This document shows positions 19,763 through 28,729 of a stretch of 64,000 nt of DNA, in pieces. The notes beneath the pieces are model-generated. The model did no database searches. It saw only the letters and a list, made by a program, of their open reading frames with translations, and was not told the origin of the DNA. Position numbers and translations under genes: made by a program. Where the stretch lies: the sequence record MK327943.1. One strand, given 5' to 3'. Position 1 is the first letter of the stretch; every line of letters starts with the position of its first letter. The DNA comes from Escherichia phage vB_EcoM_G53.

Positions 19763-21849
19763 TATCCTTGGACAAATTTAAACGGAACTGATTCTAAATC
19801 CATTAAAGATGCTAACAATTTCAAACCTTTAGGTGCACTAGTTTTTTCTACAAATGAGGCAAAAGATACCGGCTCATCTGATTCGATTTCACCTGTCATA
19901 GCAACTACCTCGCCTGTTTCCATGAGAACATCACCATCATAAATGACAGCTTCATCTAACTGGTCTGAGGACATGACTTCAGCTTGAATAAATTTAAGGT
20001 TGGATTCTAAACCTGCACCAGTATCAGATGACGCATCTGTAATTTTATTTATCTGCAAGAGAATGCCTCTAGGCAAAATAATTTCTTGCTCATTAGGGTG
20101 ATTACTCAACTGTCCTGGATAAATCACGTTAACTTTATGGGCGCCATCAATAGCCCATCCAACGTTAACACGGATTTGTTCTGGTGCATGCATAGCTGTT
20201 CTTACTTGACTCGGAGAAATAGTAACACCTTCGTCATTATTGTCAATGTTAAGCTCTTTGCGAACTTCTTCAGGAGCAAGTCCAAGGGCAACGTTCTCTT
20301 TAAACCCACCGAAAATAATAGGAGCTAGTGAAGTGGAAACATAGTTTCTGAAGTAGAATACCTTATTTTTAACCATTGCTTCGTAAATAGGCATTCTGAT
20401 AGACTGAGCTCTATATAACGTTAGTCCTTCAGGTAAACGGTCTCCATTTAAAAACGCCGAATCAAGACCATCAATAGCGCGTTTAACTTCATCTTCATCT
20501 GCAACATCGTAAAAATCTGGTTTATAACGACCTAACAACATATTATTGATATCGGTATACGCAGAAGAGGCATATTCACGAATAGCTCGTTTTTCAGCAA
20601 CAGAGTATTGTTTAGGGTCCCGATTCATTGTTATATTAAAGGTGCCTCTAGCCGATTCTCGTGCATAAGTATACATCACATTAGACAAGAACGCTGATTT
20701 ACGTTGTTTCCAAGTTCTTTCAGATACTTCAGCTAAAACGTCGTCAGGCAGTTGGAAATTATCACGTCTAAAATCTTCAAACCATTCGTCTTTAATAGAG
20801 TCTGCAATTTCATTTGCAGCTTCAACAAAAGCAGCTAATGCTTTAACAGATGTTGTTTTTTCAGTTTTAATTTTCTTAGCAAACTTTTCTAAAGATGGCT
20901 TAATAACACTACCATAAGAAACTTCATCAGCAAATTTAAAGGATTCATCAATACGATTATAAATCTTATTTTCGATATCAGCAACTAAAGTGCCTTTTGC
21001 TGTGGACGATGCTTGGGCTAGTACGATTTCATATGCTTCAGGAAGTAATTCGGCTGTAGCTGGGCCACTAACTTCTTTAGCAGAATTTTCGTATTTCTGG
21101 AATAACTCACCTTCTTGTCGGTCAGCTTCTAAAGATTGACTTGCTGCAATAGCACGACGAGAAATTTTAGTACGAGCAATAACAGGCTTATCTTTACGTT
21201 TTTCTTCTACAGCAGCAATAGAACCAGCGATAGCCGTTTCTTTGGTGACCTTTTCGCCAGTCTTTTTACTCACATAAACTTCGCCAACATCAGAATCTAC
21301 TTTCGTGTACAACTCTGTGTTAATGTTAGGGATGCCTTTAATATCTTCAATGTTAGCATTTTTACGAACCATCATCACATAGGTGTGTTTACCTGTGAAT
21401 TGATACATTGCCGTCAATACTTTAAAACGACCACCGGTTTTAGTAGAAACTAAACGAGCAAGAAGAGTTTGAAGTTGTTGTCCACGTCCTTTCAATTTCT
21501 TGGTAGGGAATCGGAACAGAACTGCATCCATACGAAGAGCTTTAACCTGTTCATATACTGTATTGAAAATGGTGTTGATTGCATCAATAGGAGCAGGACC
21601 AAGGCCATTTTTCAATTCAGCGAGATTACCCTTTTCAGACAGACTCATAATAACAACATGGGCGTATTTGTCGCCAAGTTTAACTTGTTTTACAGCGTCG
21701 CCTTCGGAAAGGTAAGAGAATAAACGAACTACGATGTTTGTATCGATATCACCAATTTTCCAGACTTGTGGAACTTTAGCTTTAGGGTTCAAATTGACGA
21801 CAGGAAGACTGCCTTCAGATTCAAACACTTCATTTAATTGTTCAGACAT
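19762..21849 (-). CDS. alt: Alt, packaged ADP-ribosyltransferase
   Basis: 695 aa; C-terminal R...STS...EQE (R-S-ExE) ADP-ribosyltransferase motif; position next to DNA ligase as in T4. Confidence 0.9.
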   Translation of the reverse strand: MSEQLNEVFESEGSLPVVNLNPKAKVPQVWKIGDIDTNIVVRLFSYLSEGDAVKQVKLGDKYAHVVIMSLSEKGNLAELKNGLGPAPIDAINTIFNTVYEQVKALRMDAVLFRFPTKKLKGRGQQLQTLLARLVSTKTGGRFKVLTAMYQFTGKHTYVMMVRKNANIEDIKGIPNINTELYTKVDSDVGEVYVSKKTGEKVTKETAIAGSIAAVEEKRKDKPVIARTKISRRAIAASQSLEADRQEGELFQKYENSAKEVSGPATAELLPEAYEIVLAQASSTAKGTLVADIENKIYNRIDESFKFADEVSYGSVIKPSLEKFAKKIKTEKTTSVKALAAFVEAANEIADSIKDEWFEDFRRDNFQLPDDVLAEVSERTWKQRKSAFLSNVMYTYARESARGTFNITMNRDPKQYSVAEKRAIREYASSAYTDINNMLLGRYKPDFYDVADEDEVKRAIDGLDSAFLNGDRLPEGLTLYRAQSIRMPIYEAMVKNKVFYFRNYVSTSLAPIIFGGFKENVALGLAPEEVRKELNIDNNDEGVTISPSQVRTAMHAPEQIRVNVGWAIDGAHKVNVIYPGQLSNHPNEQEIILPRGILLQINKITDASSDTGAGLESNLKFIQAEVMSSDQLDEAVIYDGDVLMETGEVVAMTGEIESDEPVSFASFVEKTSAPKGLKLLASLMDLESVPFKFVQG

Positions 21850-21888
21850 AGTGTTTTCCTTTTAGTAATAATTTATATTTATGCCAAA

Positions 21889-21906
21889 AAGAGCCCGAAG
21901 GCTCTT
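21889..21906 (-). terminator. Hairpin between ligase-region ORF and alt
   Basis: AAGAGCC-CGAA-GGCUCUU. Confidence 0.5.
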
Positions 21907-22093
21907 AATCCACAATCGGGAGCAAAGTACGATAAACTTCAAAATTAGGGCCTTTTTCGTACTTATCAAAATTGTCCATAAAAATACGATAGGAATCGTT
22001 ATTAGGAAAATCTAATATAATCTGAGAGCAAGAGGTGGAAACATCTCCACCATCCTTCTTAGCTACAATAACTGTTTCTAAATAAGCTTTCAT
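21905..22093 (-). CDS. Hypothetical 62-aa protein between ligase and alt
   Basis: ATG overlaps ligase stop (TAATG); followed by hairpin terminator. Confidence 0.5.
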   Translation of the reverse strand: MKAYLETVIVAKKDGGDVSTSCSQIILDFPNNDSYRIFMDNFDKYEKGPNFEVYRTLLPIVD

Positions 22094-23586
22094 TATAAAC
22101 CTGTCTGGGACCACGGTCCAAATACGTCTTCAAACGAATCCGCTTCTGTTTTATCAAAACGGAACCCTTTAATAATTGGAAGGAAAATACCTACAGTACC
22201 TTCACGGCCTTTAGAATGAACCCATCCATTACATTCACAATCAGCGATACGTCCAATCAATTTACCTTCACGAGCTTCGGTCATTAATCGTTCACGGTCC
22301 AAATCATGACGCTCATCTAAAGGAATAAGAACCTTTACACCATCAACTGTTTTATGAGTTGTATCTTTAAACCCTGAACCACAATCGGTTGTAATACGAC
22401 GACAACGTGATACGAGTTCGACACCACCTAATTTGTTAGGGTCTTTAGAGTGCTCATAGTATCCTACAACTTCTAAAGCGATATCAATAACTTCTTTAAA
22501 TTTAATTAGGTTCTTAGAGCGTTTGTTTTCCCAGTATGAATCACGGTTTTTAAGGATAATACCTTCAAGACCTTGGTCAACATATTTTTTATAAACCACT
22601 TTAGCTTCGTCAAGATTACGAACTAACTGATTTTCAATTGGCTCAATTCGCTTAAAGCCTTCAGCCATATTTTCAAGAGCAGCAAAACGAACATCGTATT
22701 TCTGACCTTTAATTTTGCCATCAGAATAGACTTCATCTAAAGGAACATAGTCCCAGGCTTGAAGAACCATACCTTCCGCTTCTTTAGGAGAAATAGTCCC
22801 TTGAAGAGATTTATTTGCTAAACCATTTGAAGTGCTACGGTCTGCAACTTGTACTTCTTCGGATTCTTCATTATCACCAAATAAGAACGACAGGTCATTT
22901 CCTGAGCTCACAGCCTTTTTAATATCAAATGAATGATAAACTAATTCACCGTCGATTAAAACCCCATTAGGGTGTCTTTCACGAGCTTCTTTAGTCATTT
23001 CCATTAGTTCATCCGCTAATAGAGTAAGACCATGATATTCGTTGCCGGCACGAGAAAAGAATTGAACACCATCATCGCGAACTTCAGCGAAACAACGAGC
23101 ACCATCTGCTTTTAATTGGGCAAATGCGGGCCATTTAATATTTTTAGTAATCAATTTCTCGTCATATGCAGATGCTAACATCTGTGGTTGCAATTGAATA
23201 AGTCCAGGCCACACCTTATTCGCGATAGACACTGAAGCACCTACTTCAAGGTCGCGCATCATTACACGACGAAGGACTTCTACATCATCAGGTTTACCAT
23301 CAGCGATATAACCCATGAGCTCTTTAATTGCAGCATTACCAGTGAGTTTACGAGTGGCTAATGTGAACTCAATAAAATCCAACATGTCATCTAATTCAAG
23401 AAGACCATACGCTTGAGACCTTTCACCTGGTCCTGGCCATTTCTTAATATAATACTGGATACCACGTGCATATGTTAAACGATACACACGTTCAAGTAAT
23501 TTGTTGTCCTTATTTTTCTTAAGGATTTCCTGTTTTGTTTTAGTAGAACCGATCGCAGCTATTTGGTTTAAAATATCTAAAATCAT
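22093..23586 (-). CDS. 30: ATP-dependent DNA ligase gp30
   Basis: 497 aa; strong match to recalled T4 DNA ligase incl. KADGAR adenylation motif. Confidence 0.97.
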   Translation of the reverse strand: MILDILNQIAAIGSTKTKQEILKKNKDNKLLERVYRLTYARGIQYYIKKWPGPGERSQAYGLLELDDMLDFIEFTLATRKLTGNAAIKELMGYIADGKPDDVEVLRRVMMRDLEVGASVSIANKVWPGLIQLQPQMLASAYDEKLITKNIKWPAFAQLKADGARCFAEVRDDGVQFFSRAGNEYHGLTLLADELMEMTKEARERHPNGVLIDGELVYHSFDIKKAVSSGNDLSFLFGDNEESEEVQVADRSTSNGLANKSLQGTISPKEAEGMVLQAWDYVPLDEVYSDGKIKGQKYDVRFAALENMAEGFKRIEPIENQLVRNLDEAKVVYKKYVDQGLEGIILKNRDSYWENKRSKNLIKFKEVIDIALEVVGYYEHSKDPNKLGGVELVSRCRRITTDCGSGFKDTTHKTVDGVKVLIPLDERHDLDRERLMTEAREGKLIGRIADCECNGWVHSKGREGTVGIFLPIIKGFRFDKTEADSFEDVFGPWSQTGL

Positions 23587-23852
23587 TTGATGTCCTCGAT
23601 TTTGGTTACGGTTCTATTATAAGCCACTTCATCTAGAAGCGATTTCAACGTTTTCTGATAAGTTGTAATCCATTTACCGAGTCCTTCAACATAGTATTCT
23701 GAAATGTAGATGAACCCTTGTTCAACACACTCTTTAAATATTTCTGCGTCTTTTACTGAACGAAACGATGGCCAGTCTCGAAAGAACATGTTAACGTGAC
23801 CGTAGTCACGTGTGGTATTTTTGCCATCTGTAATATCATGAACTACAAACAT
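23583..23852 (-). CDS. Hypothetical protein (30.1 position)
   Basis: 89-aa ORF, 4-nt overlap with ligase start. Confidence 0.6.
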   Translation of the reverse strand: MFVVHDITDGKNTTRDYGHVNMFFRDWPSFRSVKDAEIFKECVEQGFIYISEYYVEGLGKWITTYQKTLKSLLDEVAYNRTVTKIEDIK

Positions 23853-23861
23853 AATTAACCC

Positions 23862-24686
23862 TTAACAATTTATAGACCAAGTCCATTTAGACGAATCTAA
23901 AGGAAAGTTTTGAATCGTCCACCACGGCTGCATATCGGTTGGTCCTGGAGTTCGCCAGGTATATGGAGTGCGTGTTGTCGAGGGGCCACCAATTTGATTA
24001 GGCCATGCGCCTGGACTTGTTGCACCAGATTCTTTAAGCAAATCCGCCAATCGTTTTAAAAGGTCTTCACGATCTGAATCTGAATTATGCTCAGGTGGAA
24101 CCAAACGAGATTCAATATCATCCCACGTGTGTACACGTTGTGCAGTACGAGGAATGGCATCACGTTCACCACGAGCCAACCAATAAATCGGTACATTAAG
24201 AATTTCTGCCGCATGGTCACAATGATGAGCTAAATCGTCAACGTAACAAATTACGTTATATTTTGTTTTAGCTAGTTCGAATAATTGTTCCTTTGAAGAA
24301 TCATGACCACACATCATTACTTCAGAGAAAGCGCCTGGGAACAAAGCATTCAAATTAAATTGTCTATTCAATCGAGCATCAATTGAATCACCTAGCGCCG
24401 TCACGGCTACAAAATTATAGTCTTCTTTTAGTTTATTGATAACTCGAAGAGCATCCGAATAAGGCGCTAAGTAACGAATAAAATCAGAGCTATTATATTT
24501 TTCTATTAATTGTTTACCAAGGTTATCGTCGGTATTGAACAGTTTACCAGGAGAAATAAATTTTTCGTCCTGAATCATTTTTAAAATATGTTCTAATGGA
24601 AGGTTATATTTTTGGGCAAAATAAGGAAGTCCAGATTGCCAGCTTAAACATACACCATCAATATCAGTCAAAATAGTAGGCTTCAT
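23862..24686 (-). CDS. HAD-superfamily-like hydrolase (30.2 position) with Trp/Pro-rich C-terminal tail
   Basis: N-terminal DIDGV motif typical of HAD phosphatases; 274 aa. Confidence 0.6.
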   Translation of the reverse strand: MKPTILTDIDGVCLSWQSGLPYFAQKYNLPLEHILKMIQDEKFISPGKLFNTDDNLGKQLIEKYNSSDFIRYLAPYSDALRVINKLKEDYNFVAVTALGDSIDARLNRQFNLNALFPGAFSEVMMCGHDSSKEQLFELAKTKYNVICYVDDLAHHCDHAAEILNVPIYWLARGERDAIPRTAQRVHTWDDIESRLVPPEHNSDSDREDLLKRLADLLKESGATSPGAWPNQIGGPSTTRTPYTWRTPGPTDMQPWWTIQNFPLDSSKWTWSINC

Positions 24687-25150
24687 AAAGAGTCTCTTAA
24701 TAGGTTTAACACGTCAATAAATTCATCTTCAGTTAGTATTGTATCATCTTTTGTTAGGTGGCTGGCCATGCTGTGCTTCAAAATTTTTCCTTTAGAGGCT
24801 TGTAAGGCATCACGAAACCCCTTGTTTTGGATCGCGGCTTCAAAATATGCATTTGTGTATAATTCTTTCCACGCTTCAGAGTATCTTGAAAATGGAACTC
24901 CTAACCAGAAGAGAGTCCCACGGTCCTGAGCTCTTGCATAAGACCTTCCAGCTTGCTGTGCAGCCAATCCAGACAACCCAAATATACGTCTTTGTTGTTC
25001 AACATTTTTCACCTTACATCCTTGGAGAAATCCTTCAAGACCTCCGAATTGAATACCATCCATAACAAAAGGCCATTGAGCAAAGTTACTTAATGCACAT
25101 GACGGCCATTTGAAATTACTTCTTATTTCTAATTCAGACATCTTTAACAC
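24683..25150 (-). CDS. 30.3: NADAR-family (YbiA-like, DUF1768) protein, 30.3-like
   Basis: 155 aa; sequence pattern (WPFVMDGIQFGGLEGFLQGCK...) typical of NADAR domain; T4 30.3 is a NADAR member. Confidence 0.7.
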   Translation of the reverse strand: MLKMSELEIRSNFKWPSCALSNFAQWPFVMDGIQFGGLEGFLQGCKVKNVEQQRRIFGLSGLAAQQAGRSYARAQDRGTLFWLGVPFSRYSEAWKELYTNAYFEAAIQNKGFRDALQASKGKILKHSMASHLTKDDTILTEDEFIDVLNLLRDSL

Positions 25151-25352
25151 TTATAATTTCAACATCAGCCCAATGTCCGTATCCAGGCATACGGTCTTCG
25201 ATAGATAAATTTCTGTCATTTTTAGGCATTTTAATTGACGTAACGTATGGTTCTAAACGGTTTTCCGCGTAATATGGAAAAACGTCAGTTACACGATAAG
25301 TAACTTCAATCATTTCCGTACCAAACAATTTCTGGATTAATTTATTCAACAT
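25134..25352 (-). CDS. Hypothetical protein
   Basis: 72-aa ORF in 30.x block. Confidence 0.5.
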   Translation of the reverse strand: MLNKLIQKLFGTEMIEVTYRVTDVFPYYAENRLEPYVTSIKMPKNDRNLSIEDRMPGYGHWADVEIISVKDV

Positions 25353-25539
25353 GTTTCAACCCTTTAATAGGAGATAACTCTTTACCCATACGTATGTCAG
25401 AAGTCCCATCAACCCATTGAACAGCATACGCTTCATTGATAATTCCAGCGGCAGTTTTAAATTCTTTGAGAACTTTAAAAATCATCCCAGGGATTCCAAC
25501 ACCTTTTAATTGGACTGTTTGTGCTATTAAAAATTTCAT
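25342..25539 (-). CDS. Hypothetical protein
   Basis: 65-aa ORF preceded by early-type promoter 25561-25600. Confidence 0.5.
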   Translation of the reverse strand: MKFLIAQTVQLKGVGIPGMIFKVLKEFKTAAGIINEAYAVQWVDGTSDIRMGKELSPIKGLKHVE

Positions 25540-25593
25540 ATTTTTCCACTTACTAAAGAAATCATTATACTCTAATCCGTCCTTGGATGTACA

Positions 25594-26208
25594 CTACTTA
25601 ATGAAATTAATTTCTACCGGATGAACAACAGGTTGAGCAGTGATATATTGAGTAATTGCTTTCATGACTAGAGCTTCAGAACCAGGATTTTTCTCAACGA
25701 ATTCACGTGCTAGGTTATGAGCTTCGAGTTCACTCAATAAACCGGAACGCTGGCATCCACGGTCTTGAGTACCCTGTTCAGATAAAAGGACTACTACATA
25801 TTTTTCATCGTCGTAGGGCTTAGCCAGTTGAGCAAATGTTCCTTTACTTCCAAAAGGAGAGTTATGTCGCCACATCACGCCGTGAGGAGTTTCAACCTTC
25901 GTATATTCGTGCGGTCCATTTTTCTTAGTTTCTTGATGTGGAACTTCATAGACCTTAGGGTTAGGACATTCAATAAAATGCTCATCTAAATCGGTCGAGA
26001 ATATTAAAGTAAAACAATTACTGAATTTACCAACACCGGCCTGATAAATTTTACCTTCAGAAGTTCTAATTTCACAAACTGAGCCGGCATCAGTAACTTC
26101 TAAAACTTCAAAAGGCTCAATAAGGTCATATGAGAACATGTTTTTAAGGCGTGGAGTAATATCCCCATTTTTAAAATTCATTTTATAAAAAGTATTAACT
26201 TTAAACAT
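25594..26208 (-). CDS. Hypothetical 204-aa protein (start reassigned to ATG after GAGGAAA RBS)
   Basis: ORF-track N-terminus runs through terminator hairpin at 26221-26236. Confidence 0.6.
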   Translation of the reverse strand: MFKVNTFYKMNFKNGDITPRLKNMFSYDLIEPFEVLEVTDAGSVCEIRTSEGKIYQAGVGKFSNCFTLIFSTDLDEHFIECPNPKVYEVPHQETKKNGPHEYTKVETPHGVMWRHNSPFGSKGTFAQLAKPYDDEKYVVVLLSEQGTQDRGCQRSGLLSELEAHNLAREFVEKNPGSEALVMKAITQYITAQPVVHPVEINFIK

Positions 26209-26220
26209 AATTTCCTCAGT

Positions 26221-26236
26221 GGGAGCCGAAGCTCCC
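26221..26236 (-). terminator. Terminator hairpin GGGAGC-CGAA-GCUCCC
   Basis: Perfect stem-tetraloop. Confidence 0.5.
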
Positions 26237-26243
26237 AATTAAT

Positions 26244-26609
26244 TTAGATATCAAATTCGTTAAGAACTACATCAAAGATTGCTTCGAGATGTTCAGGTTT
26301 AGCTCGGTTACTCAGGATATGACGAATCCAAGTTTTAACCAGAAGTTTACGATTAACACCATTCCAGCAAGGATGAGTACCTAAATCACGCTGACGGAAA
26401 TCATCATCTAATGCAATTTTAAAATTTGAACCTTCCATCGTGATTGAAACCGTGATACCATTTTCAAATCGCATATAAACGTAATTAGGAGTCATGCACT
26501 GTTCGATTTCACAAACTGTACCGTTTTCGTGTTTCCATAAGCAAATAACTTCAGAAGAACCAGCAATACCGTTAGAAACATATTTACGTTCGAAGTTGGT
26601 GTAGTTCAT
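26244..26609 (-). CDS. Hypothetical protein
   Basis: 121-aa ORF with upstream early promoter. Confidence 0.6.
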   Translation of the reverse strand: MNYTNFERKYVSNGIAGSSEVICLWKHENGTVCEIEQCMTPNYVYMRFENGITVSITMEGSNFKIALDDDFRQRDLGTHPCWNGVNRKLLVKTWIRHILSNRAKPEHLEAIFDVVLNEFDI

Positions 26610-26649
26610 TTTATTCTCCAGATGTTTAAGTTGTTTGTTGGTACAGGTC

Positions 26650-26679
26650 TATAATAACATAACCTGTACCAAAGTAAAC
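26650..26679 (-). promoter_or_regulatory. Early promoter (minus)
   Basis: GTTTAC N17 TATTAT. Confidence 0.45.
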
Positions 26680-26683
26680 TGTT

Positions 26684-27052
26684 TTATGCAACTTTAATCC
26701 AATTGTCTAAGTTTAAAACACCTTTGGCTTTCATTTTTTCTATCAGGTTATCTGCTGTAATGCGTCCATTTTGATACCATGTAACATCTTCAGAGTAACC
26801 AGTTTCTTCGTCAACATATGTTTCTGAACGAATTTTACCGGTAATAATAGTTTTTAATTCATATGTGTCACCTGTGAAAAAGTTTGCTAACACAATTTTC
26901 CAAGAGAAATCATCTGAAGGACCTTCAGGGGTCATACAACCTACGAACTCAAATTGCTCTTTGTATAACATCCACTGGAATTCTTTAATTTCGATAGCTT
27001 TATAACCATCGTGGTCTTTACATTTGATGTATGAGTTCAGATTGATTTTCAT
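26684..27052 (-). CDS. Hypothetical protein
   Basis: 122-aa ORF with upstream early promoter. Confidence 0.6.
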   Translation of the reverse strand: MKINLNSYIKCKDHDGYKAIEIKEFQWMLYKEQFEFVGCMTPEGPSDDFSWKIVLANFFTGDTYELKTIITGKIRSETYVDEETGYSEDVTWYQNGRITADNLIEKMKAKGVLNLDNWIKVA

Positions 27053-27093
27053 TTTGTTCTCCAGGTTGTTTTATTGATTAGATGGTACAAGTC

Positions 27094-27123
27094 TATAGTA
27101 ACACATCCTACAGGAGAGTAAAC
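27094..27123 (-). promoter_or_regulatory. Early promoter (minus)
   Basis: GTTTAC...TACTAT. Confidence 0.45.
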
Positions 27124-27159
27124 ATCTTTTTAAACTTTTTCTGCCCTAAACGCACAAAA

Positions 27160-27177
27160 GGGAGACCGAAGTCTCCC
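27160..27177 (-). terminator. Terminator hairpin after 59-aa basic ORF
   Basis: GGGAGAC-CGAA-GUCUCCC followed by UUUUGUG on minus strand. Confidence 0.55.
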
Positions 27178-27182
27178 TAAAA

Positions 27183-27362
27183 TTATGCAACAACCTTTCC
27201 AAAACGAGAAGCATCATCTCGAAGAACTGCACGTGCTCTGCGCATGATCTTCTCAACTGTTTGATTAATACGAGAGTTCGACCCACGCTTGTATCCAGCG
27301 CGTTTAGAGGTACCATCAACTTTCTTTTCAACTGCTTTCTTTGCTTTAGCTTGTTTTGCCAT
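27183..27362 (-). CDS. Hypothetical 59-aa highly basic protein (MAKQAKAKKAVEKK...)
   Basis: ATG ORF not in track; K/R-rich; ends just before terminator hairpin 27160-27177. Confidence 0.4.
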   Translation of the reverse strand: MAKQAKAKKAVEKKVDGTSKRAGYKRGSNSRINQTVEKIMRRARAVLRDDASRFGKVVA

Positions 27363-27657
27363 TATAAATTCTCTTTAAATGAAAATGCAGGACTTATTGA
27401 CATTGCCTGCGCAAGCCCTCAAGGGGAACATAGGTTTTGGATATTTAACGACAGGATAACCATAAACCCGTCATCATACCAACCACGACTTAGACAGATA
27501 ACCTTTTTCTGACGCGTGATAGTACAAAATACATTCAAGAGGTACACCGTAAAACTGCCGGGGCCTTAAAACTATAATGATTCGCAAATCATTAATCAGA
27601 CAGTTCGACGGCTCCTCGATTTTCTAGCCGCACTTAAGGTAGCGAATCACCTAAAAC
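27363..27657 (-). other. 295-bp ORF-free region between rIII and the 59-aa basic ORF (candidate noncoding RNA or regulatory region)
   Basis: No ORF >35 codons on either strand in an otherwise tightly packed region; contains 7-bp inverted repeat GATTCGC...GCGAATC and GC-rich palindromes. Confidence 0.3.
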
Positions 27658-27906
27658 TTATTTAAGGGTAATAACAAAATGACGTACTGCTTTACGAGCT
27701 GCAGAAGCCAAAGGCTTAGCATATTTCAGTTCATCTTTTGCTTCCAGTTCAGAGGCCAAAGCTGCCTGTACCGGGTTCAGATGTTTGAAATAATGCAGGA
27801 TTTCCAGTGCTTCGGCTTCAACATCAATCGACGCGCCGTAGTTTTCGTGACCGTTATTCCATGCGTTTCGTTGCAGTTCAAGAGCGTGTTGTAATTGTTT
27901 AATCAT
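27658..27906 (-). CDS. rIII: rIII lysis-inhibition accessory protein
   Basis: 82 aa as in T4; sequence agrees with recalled T4 rIII; position upstream of gene 31. Confidence 0.85.
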   Translation of the reverse strand: MIKQLQHALELQRNAWNNGHENYGASIDVEAEALEILHYFKHLNPVQAALASELEAKDELKYAKPLASAARKAVRHFVITLK

Positions 27907-28022
27907 TTTAAATTCTCAATTCGAGATAATATTTAGTAGCCACGTTCGTCTGAATTTCACCTTCTTTCGACAAGTCTCTCAGTTGTAGGCTACCGCTTAG
28001 AAGAGTGTTCTCTTCATATAGT

Positions 28023-28030
28023 TATTTATA
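28023..28030 (-). promoter_or_regulatory. Late promoter TATAAATA (minus strand) upstream of rIII
   Basis: Exact motif on minus strand. Confidence 0.4.
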
Positions 28031-28363
28031 TCACTTATAAAGACACGGAATAGCTTTATAGTGGCATGTTACGAATTTCTGTTTAATTTCTTTAGGTTGT
28101 TTAAGTCCCAAAGCCACAAATGGATGTGGAACATTTCGAATTTGTCCAACTGGTAGTGGAGTCAAATCACCGACTTCAACAAAACCTTCAGGAACATCAG
28201 GACCTACAGAATGAACTACACATAGTTCAGGAACTTCACCTTGAACACGTTTACCAATCACAAGTCCTGATTCGGTAACTTCTTCATCACCTGCTTGAGC
28301 GGGTTCAGAAACCAGAATGACATATTCACCAACAGCACGAATTGGGAGTTGTACTTCAGACAT
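28031..28363 (-). CDS. 31: Co-chaperonin gp31 (GroES analogue)
   Basis: 110 aa; near-identical to recalled T4 gp31. Confidence 0.95.
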   Translation of the reverse strand: MSEVQLPIRAVGEYVILVSEPAQAGDEEVTESGLVIGKRVQGEVPELCVVHSVGPDVPEGFVEVGDLTPLPVGQIRNVPHPFVALGLKQPKEIKQKFVTCHYKAIPCLYK

Positions 28364-28393
28364 CTTATTTCCTTGTTGTTTGACGATAGATTA

Positions 28394-28419
28394 ATAATAC
28401 CATACTATTCGTAAAGCAT
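28394..28419 (-). promoter_or_regulatory. Middle (MotA-dependent) promoter for gene 31
   Basis: ATGCTTTA MotA box with TATTAT 12 nt downstream. Confidence 0.45.
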
Positions 28420-28420
28420 A

Positions 28421-28729
28421 TTACATAAGAAGCAAACGTTCTACCGGAGTACCATCAACCGAAATTACTTTATCAAGGCGGAAAGAACGCCACTGACCTA
28501 ACTTGGTATCGAATGCTCGAACTGATTCACGAGGTTCAGAACGAACTTCTGATGCCGGATTGTTATTTTCATATTTGACTTCAAGTTCATCGCGAGAAGC
28601 AAACATAGCGCGTACCTCACCGTTAGCCTTTTCAAATACAACACAATGAACGCCTACAGACAGAATAGTTTTAATACGTTCACGAAGAACCATAGTTTCT
28701 TGTTCAGTTAAAATCATATTATTCACCAC
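28421..28729 (-). CDS. Hypothetical protein (31.1 position)
   Basis: 102-aa ORF between cd and 31. Confidence 0.6.
   Translation of the reverse strand: MVNNMILTEQETMVLRERIKTILSVGVHCVVFEKANGEVRAMFASRDELEVKYENNNPASEVRSEPRESVRAFDTKLGQWRSFRLDKVISVDGTPVERLLLM

Noticed and set aside
27146-27331. ORF-track 61-aa minus-strand ORF (MKRKLMVPLNAL...)
   Set aside because: Uses a TTG start and reads through the strong terminator hairpin at 27160-27177; the adjacent-frame ATG ORF 27183-27362 is more plausible.
27579-27650. Possible tRNA: 7-bp acceptor-like inverted repeat GATTCGC...GCGAATC followed by ACC, ~70 nt apart
   Set aside because: No T-loop (GTTCRANY) at the expected distance from the 3' end on either strand, and no anticodon-arm or D-arm geometry; kept only as part of the ORF-free region finding.
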